DNA from: Gemmatimonadota bacterium
GTDB taxonomy: Bacteria > Gemmatimonadota > Gemmatimonadetes > Gemmatimonadales > GWC2-71-9
Direction of reading: 5' to 3'
NCBI GenBank assembly: GCA_041487875.1
Contig: JBGPOE010000002.1
Span: 8,121-72,120, forward strand
Length of the DNA stretch: 64,000 bases
Below, piece by piece: positions 1-10,866 of this stretch; positions within the stretch are counted from its first letter, which is position 1, and each line of letters begins with the position of its first letter. The notes beneath the pieces are model-generated. The model saw nothing but the letters and a program-made list of their open reading frames with translations, did not search any database and had not been told where the DNA came from. The position numbers and the translations under genes were made by a program.

Positions 1-654
1 TTCTCTCAGGAAGTCGGCCTGTTGATGACGGTCTCCGATCTGTCGGTGATCCAAGTGAAGGTGCAGGTGGACGAGACCGACGTGGTCCGCGTTCACTTGG
101 GCGATTCAGTGGAAGTGTCGATCGACGCCTTCCCCGATACGGTCTTCGCGGGGCGGGTGACGAAGATCTCCGATAGCGCGATCCTCACGGCCGGAGCATC
201 GGTGGCCGGCAGCAACACGCAGGCGGTGGATTACCAGGTGGAAATCACCTTGAACAATCCGCCGTCCGACGTACGCCCGGACCTCTCCGCCACGGCGCGC
301 ATCATCACCGATACGCGCCGGCAAGCCCTGGCGATCCCGATCATTGCGTTGACGGTGCGCGAGAACAGTCCCGTGGCCACCGAAAACCGGCCGCGCCCGG
401 TCGACACAAGCAAGGCCCCCGGGAAGAAGCGCGACACAGAAGGCGTGTTCATCATCACGAACGGCGTCGCGACGTTCCGGCCGGTGAAGGTCGGCATCGC
501 GGGCGACGAGTATTTCGAAGTGCTGGACGGCGTGCGCGAAGGAGAGCAGATCGTCGCGGGCCCCTATCAGGCGATCCGCGACCTGCGTGACGGGACGCAC
601 GTGCGCGAGGCGAAGCAGCGCGCCGATACCACCAAAGTGAAGAAGACCTCCTGA
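1..654 (+). CDS. Efflux-pump periplasmic adaptor subunit (HlyD/MacA family), C-terminal part; the 5' end lies upstream of the window
   Basis: The frame is open from base 1; the listed ORF 22..654 is only the first in-window Met. The sequence is adaptor-like ([39 protein letters not shown]). The stop overlaps the next gene's ATG (TGATG). Confidence 0.7.
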   Translation, partial: FSQEVGLLMTVSDLSVIQVKVQVDETDVVRVHLGDSVEVSIDAFPDTVFAGRVTKISDSAILTAGASVAGSNTQAVDYQVEITLNNPPSDVRPDLSATARIITDTRRQALAIPIIALTVRENSPVATENRPRPVDTSKAPGKKRDTEGVFIITNGVATFRPVKVGIAGDEYFEVLDGVREGEQIVAGPYQAIRDLRDGTHVREAKQRADTTKVKKTS

Positions 655-1385
655 TGAGCCAGCCCCAGGAGTTCCGCACGGGCGACACGCCCCTGCCGGA
701 CATCATCATTCTGACCCACAAGCTGGCGCGCGACTACGACATGGGGTCGGAGATCGTGCACGCGTTGCGTGGGGTGAGTTTCCAGATCCGTCGCAACGAG
801 TACGTGGCGGTGATGGGGCCGTCCGGCTCGGGCAAGTCCACGCTCATGAACCTGATCGGCTGCCTCGATACGCCGAGCGCCGGCGAGTACTGGCTCAACG
901 GACAGAAGGTCAGTGATCTGTCGGACGACGAGCTGGCCCACATTCGGAACAAGGAGATCGGGTTCGTCTTCCAAACCTTCAATCTCCTGCCCCGCGCGAG
1001 CGCGCTCCACAACGTGGAGCTGCCGCTGATCTATGCGGGCGCCTCGGCCAAAGTCCGCCGTGAACGGGCGGCCGAAGCGCTGGCGAGCGTGGGCCTGGGC
1101 GACCGCATGGAACACAAGCCGAACGAGCTGTCGGGCGGACAGCGCCAGCGGGTGGCGATCGCCCGCGCGCTGGTCAACAGGCCGAGCATCCTGCTCGCGG
1201 ATGAGCCCACGGGGAATCTCGACTCGGCGACGAGCAGCGAAATCATGGACGTGTTCGCCACGCTGCACGACCAGGGGCAAACCGTGGTGATGGTGACGCA
1301 CGAAGCCGATATCGCGGCGCACGCCAAGCGGGTCGTGACCCTGCGCGACGGACTCATCGCCACGGATCAAGCCCGAGCGGCCTGA
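654..1385 (+). CDS. ABC transporter ATP-binding protein, MacB/LolD type
   Basis: Walker [10 protein letters not shown], signature [15 protein letters not shown], Walker [13 protein letters not shown] and H-loop VTHE. It lies between the adaptor and the permeases. Confidence 0.92.
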   Translation: MSQPQEFRTGDTPLPDIIILTHKLARDYDMGSEIVHALRGVSFQIRRNEYVAVMGPSGSGKSTLMNLIGCLDTPSAGEYWLNGQKVSDLSDDELAHIRNKEIGFVFQTFNLLPRASALHNVELPLIYAGASAKVRRERAAEALASVGLGDRMEHKPNELSGGQRQRVAIARALVNRPSILLADEPTGNLDSATSSEIMDVFATLHDQGQTVVMVTHEADIAAHAKRVVTLRDGLIATDQARAA

Positions 1386-1386
1386 G

Positions 1387-2625
1387 ATGCGAATCTTCGA
1401 AGCGATCCGGCTGGCCTTGCAACAAATCCGCGCGCAGAAGCTCAAGAGCGGCTTCTCCCTCATCGGCGTGTTCATCGGCGTCACGTTCTTGATCGGCGCG
1501 TGGTCGATCGTGAACGGCATGAACGTCTACATGACGGACAAGTTCGCGGGAACGCTGGTGGGCGTAAACACCTTCCACCTGAGGCGCGCGCCCAACGTCA
1601 ACTTCAACGTCGACGACTCGGTGTGGCGCTCCTGGCGACGGCGCCCCCGCATCAAGTTCGCGGATGCGAACGCCGTAACAGAGAAGTTGACGGTGCCGGT
1701 GCTGACGGCCTGGTATTCCGAAGACCGCGGGCCGGTCGAATTCAACGGCAAGGTGGCGAAGGACATTACGCTCGAGGGTGCCACCGAGCGGTACTTCGAC
1801 ATCATGAACTTGACCATCGCCATCGGCCGCCCGTTCACGGCCGAGGAGTCGAAAGCGGGCGTGACGGTGGTGGTGCTGGGCTGGGACCTGGCTCAGAAAC
1901 TGTTCCAGGACCTGAACCCCATCGGCCGCAAGGTGCGGATTCACGGCATACCCTATCGCGTGATCGGCGTGGTGGAGCGCCAAGGTAATCTGTTCGGCAT
2001 CTCGCTCGACAAGTTCGTGGTGGCCCCCGCGCTCTCGCCGATCCAGCGCGAGGTGAACCCGCCGGGAGTGGTCGACGCGCTCATTATCAAGGCGAACTCC
2101 GAGCCTGAGATGCGCGAAGCCATGGACCAGACCGAGGCCGTCATGCGCAGCCGGCGGCATCTGCGGCCCCGCCAGGACGACAACTTCGCGATGATGACGT
2201 CGGAGGGCGTGCTGGACTTCTGGAAGAAGCTCAGCCGCATCCTGTACGTCGTGGGACCCGGCCTCGTGGGCGTGGCGCTCGTGGTGGGCGGCATCGTGAT
2301 CATGAACATCATGTTGATGGCGGTGGCCGAGCGGACGCGCGAGATCGGGATTCGCAAGTCGCTCGGCGCCCGCCGCCGCGACATCATGCGCCAGTTCCTG
2401 GCCGAGGCCACCGCACTCGCCACGGTGGGCGCGAGCCTCGGCATCGTAACGGGCGTTGGTTTGTCGTTGCTGCTGAAGGTGGCCACACCGTTGCCAGCCG
2501 CGGTGTCGCCGTTCTCGATCGTGCTCGGGGTGATCGTGGGCGGCGGCGTCGGCATCGTGGCCGGCGTCTATCCCGCGAGCCGGGCGTCGCGGCTCGATCC
2601 CATCACGGCGTTGCGCCAGGAGTGA
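1387..2625 (+). CDS. MacB/FtsX-type ABC permease, type A copy 1
   Basis: 412 aa. N-terminal TM (MRIFEAIRLALQQIRAQKLKSGFSLIGV), a large periplasmic segment, and a C-terminal FtsX bundle with AERTREIGIRKSLGARRRDI. It ends LDPITALRQE. Confidence 0.88.
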   Translation: MRIFEAIRLALQQIRAQKLKSGFSLIGVFIGVTFLIGAWSIVNGMNVYMTDKFAGTLVGVNTFHLRRAPNVNFNVDDSVWRSWRRRPRIKFADANAVTEKLTVPVLTAWYSEDRGPVEFNGKVAKDITLEGATERYFDIMNLTIAIGRPFTAEESKAGVTVVVLGWDLAQKLFQDLNPIGRKVRIHGIPYRVIGVVERQGNLFGISLDKFVVAPALSPIQREVNPPGVVDALIIKANSEPEMREAMDQTEAVMRSRRHLRPRQDDNFAMMTSEGVLDFWKKLSRILYVVGPGLVGVALVVGGIVIMNIMLMAVAERTREIGIRKSLGARRRDIMRQFLAEATALATVGASLGIVTGVGLSLLLKVATPLPAAVSPFSIVLGVIVGGGVGIVAGVYPASRASRLDPITALRQE

Positions 2626-2629
2626 TCGC

Positions 2630-3865
<1,236 letters not shown>

Positions 3866-3871
3866 CACGGC

Positions 3872-5113
3872 ATGTCCTTCATCGAAGCGATCCGCCTCGC
3901 CCTGCAAAGCCTGCGCACGCAGAAGCTCAAGAGCGCGTTCTCCCTGATCGGCGTCATCATCGGCGTGATGTTTCTGATCGCCGTGGTGTCGATCGTCCAG
4001 GGAATGAACCGCTACATGACCGACAAGTTCGCCGGTACGCTGCTCGGCGTGAACACCTTCCGCTTGCGCCAGTTCCCCGACGTCCAGCTGGGCAACGTGA
4101 CCGATTCCACCTGGCGGTCCTGGCTGCACCGGCCGCGGATCTCCTACGAGGACGCCCAGGCGGTGATGCAGGAGCTGTCCGTGCCGGTGACGACGGCATG
4201 GGAGTCTTCGACCCGCGCCACGCTCGAAGGAGGCCGCAAGATCGCCAAAGATGTCGATGTTACGGCGGCGACCGAGCGGTACTTCGAGATCCGGTCGCTC
4301 ACGATCGAGCAGGGGCGGGCGTTCACGCCCCAAGAAGTGCACGCGGGAGTGCCGGTGGTCGTGTTGGGCTACGAGCTTGCGGCCAAGCTGTTCGAGGGTG
4401 AGGATCCGCTCGGACACGAAGTGAAGATCTTCGGCCTGCCCTATCGCGTGATCGGTGTGGTCGAAAAGCAAGGGAATCTGTTCGGCCTCTCGCTCGACAA
4501 GTTCGCCGTCACGCCCGCCACGGCGCCGGTCAAGCGCTACGTCAACCCGCCGCGCATCGTGGACGCGCTCGCCGTGCGGGCGGGTTCGCTCCCGGAGATG
4601 CGGGAAGCGATGGCGCAGGCTGAGGGGATCATGCGCACCCGGCGGCACCTGCGGCCGCGCGATCCCGACAATTTCGCGCTCGAGACCGCGGACGAAGTGC
4701 TCGACTTCTGGGGGAAGATCAGCCGCGTGCTGTTCCTCGCCCTGCCGGGCCTGGTAGCGATCTCGCTGGTGGTGGGCGGCATCGTGATCATGAACATCAT
4801 GCTCATGGCGGTGGCGGAGCGCACGCGGGAGATCGGGCTGCGCAAGTCGTTGGGCGCCCGCCGGCGGGACATTCTCCGCCAGTTCCTGGTCGAGGCGACG
4901 ACGCTGGCCACGGTCGGGGCCGCGATCGGAGTCGCCACGGGCATCGGGCTGGCGGGGTTGGTTGCCGCGTTCACACCGCTGCCGGCGAGCGTCGCCCCGT
5001 GGTCGGTGGCCGTGGGCGTGACGCTCGGGGCGACGGTCGGGATTGTCGCGGGCGTATATCCCGCGAGCCGCGCTGCGCGGCTGGACCCGATCGCGGCGTT
5101 GCGGCAGGAGTGA
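3872..5113 (+). CDS. MacB/FtsX-type ABC permease, type A copy 2
   Basis: 413 aa and collinear with 1387..2625 (MSFIEAIRLALQSLRTQKLKSAFSLIGV ... LDPIAALRQE). Confidence 0.88.
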   Translation: MSFIEAIRLALQSLRTQKLKSAFSLIGVIIGVMFLIAVVSIVQGMNRYMTDKFAGTLLGVNTFRLRQFPDVQLGNVTDSTWRSWLHRPRISYEDAQAVMQELSVPVTTAWESSTRATLEGGRKIAKDVDVTAATERYFEIRSLTIEQGRAFTPQEVHAGVPVVVLGYELAAKLFEGEDPLGHEVKIFGLPYRVIGVVEKQGNLFGLSLDKFAVTPATAPVKRYVNPPRIVDALAVRAGSLPEMREAMAQAEGIMRTRRHLRPRDPDNFALETADEVLDFWGKISRVLFLALPGLVAISLVVGGIVIMNIMLMAVAERTREIGLRKSLGARRRDILRQFLVEATTLATVGAAIGVATGIGLAGLVAAFTPLPASVAPWSVAVGVTLGATVGIVAGVYPASRAARLDPIAALRQE

Positions 5114-5117
5114 GCGC

Positions 5118-6353
5118 GTGACCCCCCTGTTCGAAGGCGTCGGCATCGCGCTGGGCTCGCTCCGGGCCAACAAGGGGCGCGCCGCGCTCACGATCCTGGG
5201 TGTGGCGATCGGCGTGATGGTGGTGATGATCATCGCCTCGATGATCAGCGGCATCAACCGCAGCGTGTCGAACACCTTCGAGCAGATCGCGCCGCGCACT
5301 TTCCTGGTGTGGCGGTTCTTCCAGGCCGGCGTGAACATCTCCGACGGGTCGGACGAGAACAGCCCGTGGCGTCGCAACCCGGCGATCAGCGAAGCGGAGG
5401 CCGATCGCATCGCCCAGCTCCCCAGCGTGCGCTATGTCACGCGCCGCGATGAGAGCTCGGCGCAGGTGGAATTTGGCGACCGCAAGTTGGAGTCGGTGAG
5501 CATCTCCGGCCTGAGCTCGCAGTGGATCGAGGTGAACGGTGGTGACATCTACCCCGGCCGCTCGTTCACGCATATGGAGGATCTGGCCAACAGTCGCGTT
5601 GTCGTGATCAGCCGGAAACTCGAGTCGCAGCTGTTCGAGGGTCGCGACCCGATCGGCCAAACGGTGAAGATCGCCGGCGTGCATTTCGAGGTAATCGGCG
5701 TCTACACGCCGCCCGCTAGCTTGTTCAGCGGCGCCAGCCCGCCGTTCGCCGGGATGCCCCACGGCGCGTTCGTGAAATACATCCCCTTCTTCAAGGGGTG
5801 GATGCGGCTGGCGGTCGCGCCGGACGTCAATATCCCGCAGCAGCAGGCCATCGACGAGGTGACGGCCACGCTGCGCTCGATGCGCAATCTCAAGCCCGCG
5901 CAGGAGAACACGTTCTCAATCGTGACGCAAGACAAGCTGCTGGACAGCTGGCACCAGGTCACCGGCGTGTTCTTTCTGGTCATGATCGCGCTCTCCTCGA
6001 TCGGCTTGATGGTGGGCGGCGTGGGCGTGGTGGCGATCATGATGATCTCGGTCACGGAGCGGACCCGGGAGATCGGCGTGCGCAAGGCGCTGGGCGCCAC
6101 GCGGCGCGAGATCCTGTGGCAGTTCCTGGTCGAGGCGGCGACGCTCACGTTGGTGGGCGGGGCCATCGGCATGCTGGTGGGGGGCCTCGTGGCCTGGCTG
6201 CTCTCGGCGGTTACGCCCATCCCCGCCTACGTCCCCGTGTGGTCCGTGGTGGTGGCACTCGCGGCGTCTGCGCTTACGGGAATTGGGTTCGGACTGTACC
6301 CGGCCAATCGCGCGGCCAAGCTCGATCCGGTGGACGCGCTGCGCTACGAATAA
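5118..6353 (+). CDS. MacB/FtsX-type ABC permease, type B copy 2
   Basis: The GTG at 5118 gives an N-terminus VTPLFEGVGIALGSLRANKGRAALTILGV that matches B copy 1. The listed ORF start at 5043 would overlap the preceding gene. Ends LDPVDALRYE. Confidence 0.85.
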   Translation: MTPLFEGVGIALGSLRANKGRAALTILGVAIGVMVVMIIASMISGINRSVSNTFEQIAPRTFLVWRFFQAGVNISDGSDENSPWRRNPAISEAEADRIAQLPSVRYVTRRDESSAQVEFGDRKLESVSISGLSSQWIEVNGGDIYPGRSFTHMEDLANSRVVVISRKLESQLFEGRDPIGQTVKIAGVHFEVIGVYTPPASLFSGASPPFAGMPHGAFVKYIPFFKGWMRLAVAPDVNIPQQQAIDEVTATLRSMRNLKPAQENTFSIVTQDKLLDSWHQVTGVFFLVMIALSSIGLMVGGVGVVAIMMISVTERTREIGVRKALGATRREILWQFLVEAATLTLVGGAIGMLVGGLVAWLLSAVTPIPAYVPVWSVVVALAASALTGIGFGLYPANRAAKLDPVDALRYE

Positions 6354-6370
6354 CGCTGCGCTACGAATAA
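6337..6370 (+). repeat. Perfect 17-bp tandem duplication (CGCTGCGCTACGAATAA x2) including the stop codon of the permease at 5118..6353
   Basis: Read directly: 6337..6353 is identical to 6354..6370. Confidence 0.9.
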
Positions 6371-6376
6371 CAGCGA

Positions 6377-6449
6377 CGGAATGACGGAATGACGGATGGG
6401 GGATGCGGAGACGCGTGCCGCATCCCGTTTCCGTCTTACCGTCCTTCCG
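6377..6449 (+). repeat. Long imperfect hairpin built from 7-8-nt words (GACGGAAT/GGGGGAT)
   Basis: The arms at 6377..6408 and 6418..6449 are complementary at about 26 of 32 positions with a 9-nt loop, followed by the U-containing CTCCGTTTAGCTTTCG. This is the only long gap inside the permease array. Confidence 0.7.
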
Positions 6450-6472
6450 GCTCCGTTTAGCTTTCGAACGCC

Positions 6473-7720
6473 ATGCAGCTCACCGAAGCGATTGTCCAAG
6501 CCCTACAGGCGGCGTGGAGCCACAAGCTCCGCTCGTTCTTCACGCTGCTCGGGATCATCGTGTCGGTCGCGTTCCTCGTGGCCGTGGTGGCGGTGATCCA
6601 GGGTATGAACGCCTACGTGCGCGAGAAGATCGGTGGCGCCATCGTGGGCGTGAACGCCTTCCAGGTGCGCCGTACGCCGATCGCCATCGGACTCATCGAC
6701 GACGAAGAATGGAAGGCGATCCAGCGGCGGCCGATCATCGCCCCGGAAGACGTGGCGTACGTGGAGCGCGCCATCCCCGAGGCCAGGGCCGTGGCGCTGC
6801 AATCGGGCTGGCCCACGCCGCAGGCGGACATCGTGTGGCGCGACCGCACGGTGGGAGACGCATTCGTGTTCGGCGTGACGGCGCCGTTCCAGGTGGTGCA
6901 GGACTACGAGTTCGCCGCGGGCGAGCCGCTTTCCGACCTGGACGTGCGCGAGCGCCGCCCGGTGGTCGAACTGGGTTTCGACATCGCCGACAAGTTGTTC
7001 GACCACAACTTGGCGCTGGCGGTGGGCCAGAGATTGCGCATCCGGGGCCAGCAGTACACGGTCCGAGGGGTGATCGCCAAGAAGGGCACGGTGCTGGGGC
7101 AATCCTGGGACGGGTTCGTGATGATGCCGCTCACCACGTTCGAGAGCCTGTACGGGCGGCGCCAGACCACGGTGATCTCCGTGAAGATGCCGGACGCCGA
7201 ATCGGTGACGTCGGGGATGCAGCGGGCCGAGGAGGCGATGCGCATCGCGCACCGGCTGCGGCCCGGGGCGCCCGACGATTTCACGGTCGACACGGCGGAC
7301 GCGCTGGTGAGTTTCTGGAAGAGTTTGACGCGCGTGCTATTCGCCGTGGTCCCCATGATGGTCATCATCGGGATCGTGGTCGGCGGCATCGTGATCATGA
7401 ACATCATGCTGATGAGCGTGAATGAGCGCACGCGGGAGATCGGGATCCGCAAGTCGCTGGGCGCCACCCGGCGCGACATCCGGCGTCAGTTCCTGGCCGA
7501 GTCCGGGACGCTGGCGCTGGTGGGCGGGGCGCTCGGCCTCGCGGCGGGCGTCACGCTCGCGTGGCTGGTGGCCGCGATCTCGCCGCTGCCGACGCGGGTG
7601 CCGTGGTGGGTGCCGCCGCTGGCGCTGGGCATCGGAGCCGGCGTGGGCATTCTGTTCGGCGTCTACCCCGCGATGCGAGCGGCGCGGCTCGACCCGATCG
7701 TGGCGCTGCGGGCCGAATGA
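6473..7720 (+). CDS. MacB/FtsX-type ABC permease, type A copy 3 (more divergent)
   Basis: 415 aa. MQLTEAIVQALQAAWSHKLRSFFTLLGI, NERTREIGIRKSLGATRRDI, ends LDPIVALRAE. Confidence 0.85.
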   Translation: MQLTEAIVQALQAAWSHKLRSFFTLLGIIVSVAFLVAVVAVIQGMNAYVREKIGGAIVGVNAFQVRRTPIAIGLIDDEEWKAIQRRPIIAPEDVAYVERAIPEARAVALQSGWPTPQADIVWRDRTVGDAFVFGVTAPFQVVQDYEFAAGEPLSDLDVRERRPVVELGFDIADKLFDHNLALAVGQRLRIRGQQYTVRGVIAKKGTVLGQSWDGFVMMPLTTFESLYGRRQTTVISVKMPDAESVTSGMQRAEEAMRIAHRLRPGAPDDFTVDTADALVSFWKSLTRVLFAVVPMMVIIGIVVGGIVIMNIMLMSVNERTREIGIRKSLGATRRDIRRQFLAESGTLALVGGALGLAAGVTLAWLVAAISPLPTRVPWWVPPLALGIGAGVGILFGVYPAMRAARLDPIVALRAE

Positions 7721-8958
7721 AGCTCCACTCGCTCACCGAAGGGCTGGCCATCGCGATCGAGCAGCTGCGCGCCAACAAGCTGCGCTCGGCGCTGACGATC
7801 CTGGGGGTGGTGATCGGCGTGTCGACGGTGATGGCGATGGCGTCGATCGTGCAGGGCATCCGCGACCAGATCATCAACACGATCGAAGTCGCGGGGCCCA
7901 CCACATTCTACGTGATGCGCTTCTTCTCGCAGACGCCGCTCAATCCCGACGCGCTCCCGAAGGCGGTGCGCATCCGCCCGGTGCTGAAGCCGCGGGAGGC
8001 GGAAGCGCTGGCGCGGCTGCCCGAAATCCGCTACGCCGGCATTTGGGTGCAGCTGTTCCAGAAGATGGAGTACCAGGGCACGCGCACCCAGTTGATGACG
8101 CAGTTCGGCGCCGACGAGCACTACATGGAGATCCAGGGGGGCCAGCTCCTGGAGGGCCGGTTCTTCACGCCGGCGGAGCTGAACGGCGGCGATCCGGTGG
8201 TGGTGCTGGAGCAGAAGCCTGCCGAGCGGTTGTTCGGACGGCTCGACCCGCTCAATCGCTACGTGCGCCTCGCGGGAAAGTCGCTGCGCGTGATCGGACT
8301 GTATCAGAACCCCGACAACATCTTCCAGCCACCGTCGCAGGAAATCGGCGCCATCCTGCCGTTCGAGACGGCGCGGCGGTTTTTCCGCTACGACGAGACC
8401 AACGCGTTGTGGATCGTCGTCAAGCCGCGGGACGGGGTTGCCGTGACCCAGGCGATGGACGCGGTGACGTTGCAGCTCCGGCGCATGCGCAGCCTGCGCC
8501 CCGGCGACCCCAATTCGTTCGACCTGATCAGCCAGGACCAGATCCTCAGCGTGTTCGACAGCTTGACGTCGACCTTCTTCGTCGTGATGCTGGCGCTCTC
8601 GAGCGTGGCGTTGATGGTGGGCGGCATCGGCGTGATGGCGATCATGATGGTGTCGGTCACCGACCGCACCCGCGAAATCGGCGTCCGCAAGGCCATGGGT
8701 GCCACGCGCCGCGAAATCATGTGGCAGTTCCTGGTTGAAGCCGCGACGTTGACGCTGCTGGGCGGCGTGCTCGGCATCGTGCTGGGCCTGACGCTGGGCC
8801 AGGTAGTGAAGACCGTCCTGGGCTACGACGCGCATGTGCCCGTCTGGAGCGCTGCCGCGGCATGCCTCGTCTCCGTGCTGATCGGGCTGGTGTTCGGCGT
8901 GGCCCCGGCCGCACGGGCGGCGAAACTCGATCCGGTGGAGGCTCTCCGTCATGAGTGA
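7717..8958 (+). CDS. MacB/FtsX-type ABC permease, type B copy 3 (more divergent)
   Basis: The ATG at 7717 overlaps the previous stop (ATGA). N-terminus MKLHSLTEGLAIAIEQLRANKLRSALTILGV, motif TDRTREIGVRKAMGATRREI, ends [10 protein letters not shown]. Confidence 0.85.
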   Translation: MKLHSLTEGLAIAIEQLRANKLRSALTILGVVIGVSTVMAMASIVQGIRDQIINTIEVAGPTTFYVMRFFSQTPLNPDALPKAVRIRPVLKPREAEALARLPEIRYAGIWVQLFQKMEYQGTRTQLMTQFGADEHYMEIQGGQLLEGRFFTPAELNGGDPVVVLEQKPAERLFGRLDPLNRYVRLAGKSLRVIGLYQNPDNIFQPPSQEIGAILPFETARRFFRYDETNALWIVVKPRDGVAVTQAMDAVTLQLRRMRSLRPGDPNSFDLISQDQILSVFDSLTSTFFVVMLALSSVALMVGGIGVMAIMMVSVTDRTREIGVRKAMGATRREIMWQFLVEAATLTLLGGVLGIVLGLTLGQVVKTVLGYDAHVPVWSAAAACLVSVLIGLVFGVAPAARAAKLDPVEALRHE

Positions 8959-9673
8959 CGAAGTCGAACTGCTGGCGATCGCCGCGCACCGCGACGACGT
9001 CGAGCTCACGTGCGGCGGCACGCTGGCCAAGGCAGTGCAGCAGGGTCACCGCGTGGGCATCGTCGATCTGACACAAGGCGAGACCGGCACGCGGGGCGAC
9101 GCGGCGACGCGGGCCGCCGAAGCGATGCGGGCCGCCACGGCCCTGGGCGTGCAGGTGCGGCTCAACGCCGGCCTGCCCGACGCGCACCTGCACAACGACG
9201 AAGCGTCGCGCGCGGTGCTGGTCGAGCTGATCCGGCGAACGCGGCCGCGCGCGGTTATCCTGCCCTACGCCGTGGGCCGCCACCCCGACCACCGCACGGC
9301 GGCCGAGTTGGGGCGCGACGCCTGCTATCTGGCGGGCCTCGCCAAGTTCGGCGGCGCGGGTGCGCCGCACCGGCCGTTCAAGATCCTGTACGCGCTGGCC
9401 TATCGCGAAGACCCGGTGAAGCCGTCGTTCGTGGTGGACATCTCGGACAGCTTCGACGCGAAGATGAAAGCGATCCGCTGCTACGCCTCGCAGTTCGACG
9501 GCGCCAAGGCCGCGGGCGAGATCTTCCCCACCGGACAGGACCTGTACGAACTGATTCGCATCCAGTCGGCACACTACGGGTCGCTGATCCGCCGCCCCTA
9601 CGGCGAGCCGTTCTTCACGTACGAGACCGTGGACGTGGACGACGTGTTGCAGCTTGGCGTGCAGTCCCTGTAG
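8951..9673 (+). CDS. bshB1: PIG-L/LmbE-family deacetylase, bacillithiol biosynthesis BshB1-like
   Basis: [37 protein letters not shown] and [23 protein letters not shown] parallel my recollection of B. subtilis BshB1. The start overlaps the last permease by 8 nt. Confidence 0.7.
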   Translation: MSDEVELLAIAAHRDDVELTCGGTLAKAVQQGHRVGIVDLTQGETGTRGDAATRAAEAMRAATALGVQVRLNAGLPDAHLHNDEASRAVLVELIRRTRPRAVILPYAVGRHPDHRTAAELGRDACYLAGLAKFGGAGAPHRPFKILYALAYREDPVKPSFVVDISDSFDAKMKAIRCYASQFDGAKAAGEIFPTGQDLYELIRIQSAHYGSLIRRPYGEPFFTYETVDVDDVLQLGVQSL

Positions 9674-9690
9674 CCGATACATTGCCTGCC

Positions 9691-10866
9691 ATGAGCAAGC
9701 GCGTGGTGTATCTCGACAACGCGGCCACGACGCCGGTGCGGCCCGAGGTGCTCGAGGCGATGCTGCCCTATCTGGGCGCCGAGGCGTTCGGGAACCCGTC
9801 CTCGGCGCACCGGTTCGGGCGCGCGGCGCGGGCGGGGATCGAGGAAGCGAAGCGCACGATCGCCGACGCGCTGGGCGCCGAGCCGAACCAGGTGATCTTC
9901 ACCTCAGGCGGCACGGAGGCGGACAACCTCGCGGTCATCGGCGCGGCGCTGGCGGCGCGCGAGCGCGGCGGGCCGTTCCGGGTGGCCGTGTCGGCGATCG
10001 AGCACAAGGCGGTTCTCGCCGCGGCGCACGCCGTGAAGCAGCTCGGCGGAGACGAGGTGATCCTGCCGGTCTCGAGTGCGGGCCTGGTGGACGAGGCGGC
10101 GCTCGCCGCCGCGCTCGCGGGCGGGCTCGCGGTGGTGAGCGTGATGTGGGTGAACAACGAAGTGGGCGTCGTGCAGGCCGTGGCGCGTCTGGCCGAGCGA
10201 TGTCGGGCGGCCGACGTCTGTTTCCATTCCGACGCCGTCCAGGCGTTCGGCAAGGTTCCCGTGTCATTCTCCGACGTCCCCTGCACGCTGCTGACCATCT
10301 CCGGCCACAAGATCGGCGCACCCAAGGGCATCGGCGCGCTCATCGTGCGCGACCGCCGTGCGGTGGAAGCGATCATCCACGGCGGCGCGCAACAGTTCGG
10401 GATCCGGCCGGGGACGGAAAACGTGCCCGGGATCATCGCGCTGGGGCGGGCGGTGGCGTTGGCGGCGGCCGAGCAGGCGACGTGCGCCGCGCGGCTCGAG
10501 GCGCTGCGCGAGGACCTGGAGCAGCGGCTGGTCGCCGTGGTACCGGACGCGGTGATCAACGCCTGGCACGCCCCGCGCGCGCCACACGTCACCAACGTGT
10601 CGATTCCCGGCACCGACAGCGAAGCGCTGCTGATGCATCTCGACCTCGCCGGGATCGCGTGCTCGTCGGGCTCGGCATGCAACACGGGCTCGGTGGAGCC
10701 GTCGCACGTGCTGACGGCGATGGGCGTGCCGCGCGAGCTGGGCGTCGCGGCGCTGCGCTTCTCCTTCGGCCGGGACAGCACGGCCGAGGACGTAGACACG
10801 GTGATCGCGGCGCTGCCGAAGATCGTGGCGAAGGTGCGGTCGTTGAGCGCGGTGCTGCACCGATGA
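9691..10866 (+). CDS. Class I cysteine desulfurase (NifS/IscS/YrvO-like)
   Basis: [15 protein letters not shown] at the N-terminus, PLP lysine motif [14 protein letters not shown], and catalytic loop [17 protein letters not shown]. The long upstream in-frame extension from 9010 overlaps bshB1 and is rejected. Confidence 0.88.
   Translation: MSKRVVYLDNAATTPVRPEVLEAMLPYLGAEAFGNPSSAHRFGRAARAGIEEAKRTIADALGAEPNQVIFTSGGTEADNLAVIGAALAARERGGPFRVAVSAIEHKAVLAAAHAVKQLGGDEVILPVSSAGLVDEAALAAALAGGLAVVSVMWVNNEVGVVQAVARLAERCRAADVCFHSDAVQAFGKVPVSFSDVPCTLLTISGHKIGAPKGIGALIVRDRRAVEAIIHGGAQQFGIRPGTENVPGIIALGRAVALAAAEQATCAARLEALREDLEQRLVAVVPDAVINAWHAPRAPHVTNVSIPGTDSEALLMHLDLAGIACSSGSACNTGSVEPSHVLTAMGVPRELGVAALRFSFGRDSTAEDVDTVIAALPKIVAKVRSLSAVLHR

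Noticed and set aside
6396-7425. ORFs 6396..6596 and 6403..7425 that begin in the hairpin-containing gap and run through permease A3 in another frame.
   Set aside because: They start inside a repeat hairpin and are Arg/Gly-rich. They compete with a well-supported FtsX-type permease frame.
9010-9690. Long in-frame N-terminal extensions in the ORF track: 9010 for the desulfurase, 9654 for mnmA, 41068 for MOSC, 11836 for lipoprotein 1, 61767..63875 for anmK, 32120..34099 for the MPN protein and 25247..27055 for cinA.
   Set aside because: The extensions are Arg/Gly/Pro-rich and overlap upstream real genes in another frame. Internal starts give canonical N-termini or signal peptides, often with ATGA or GTGA coupling.
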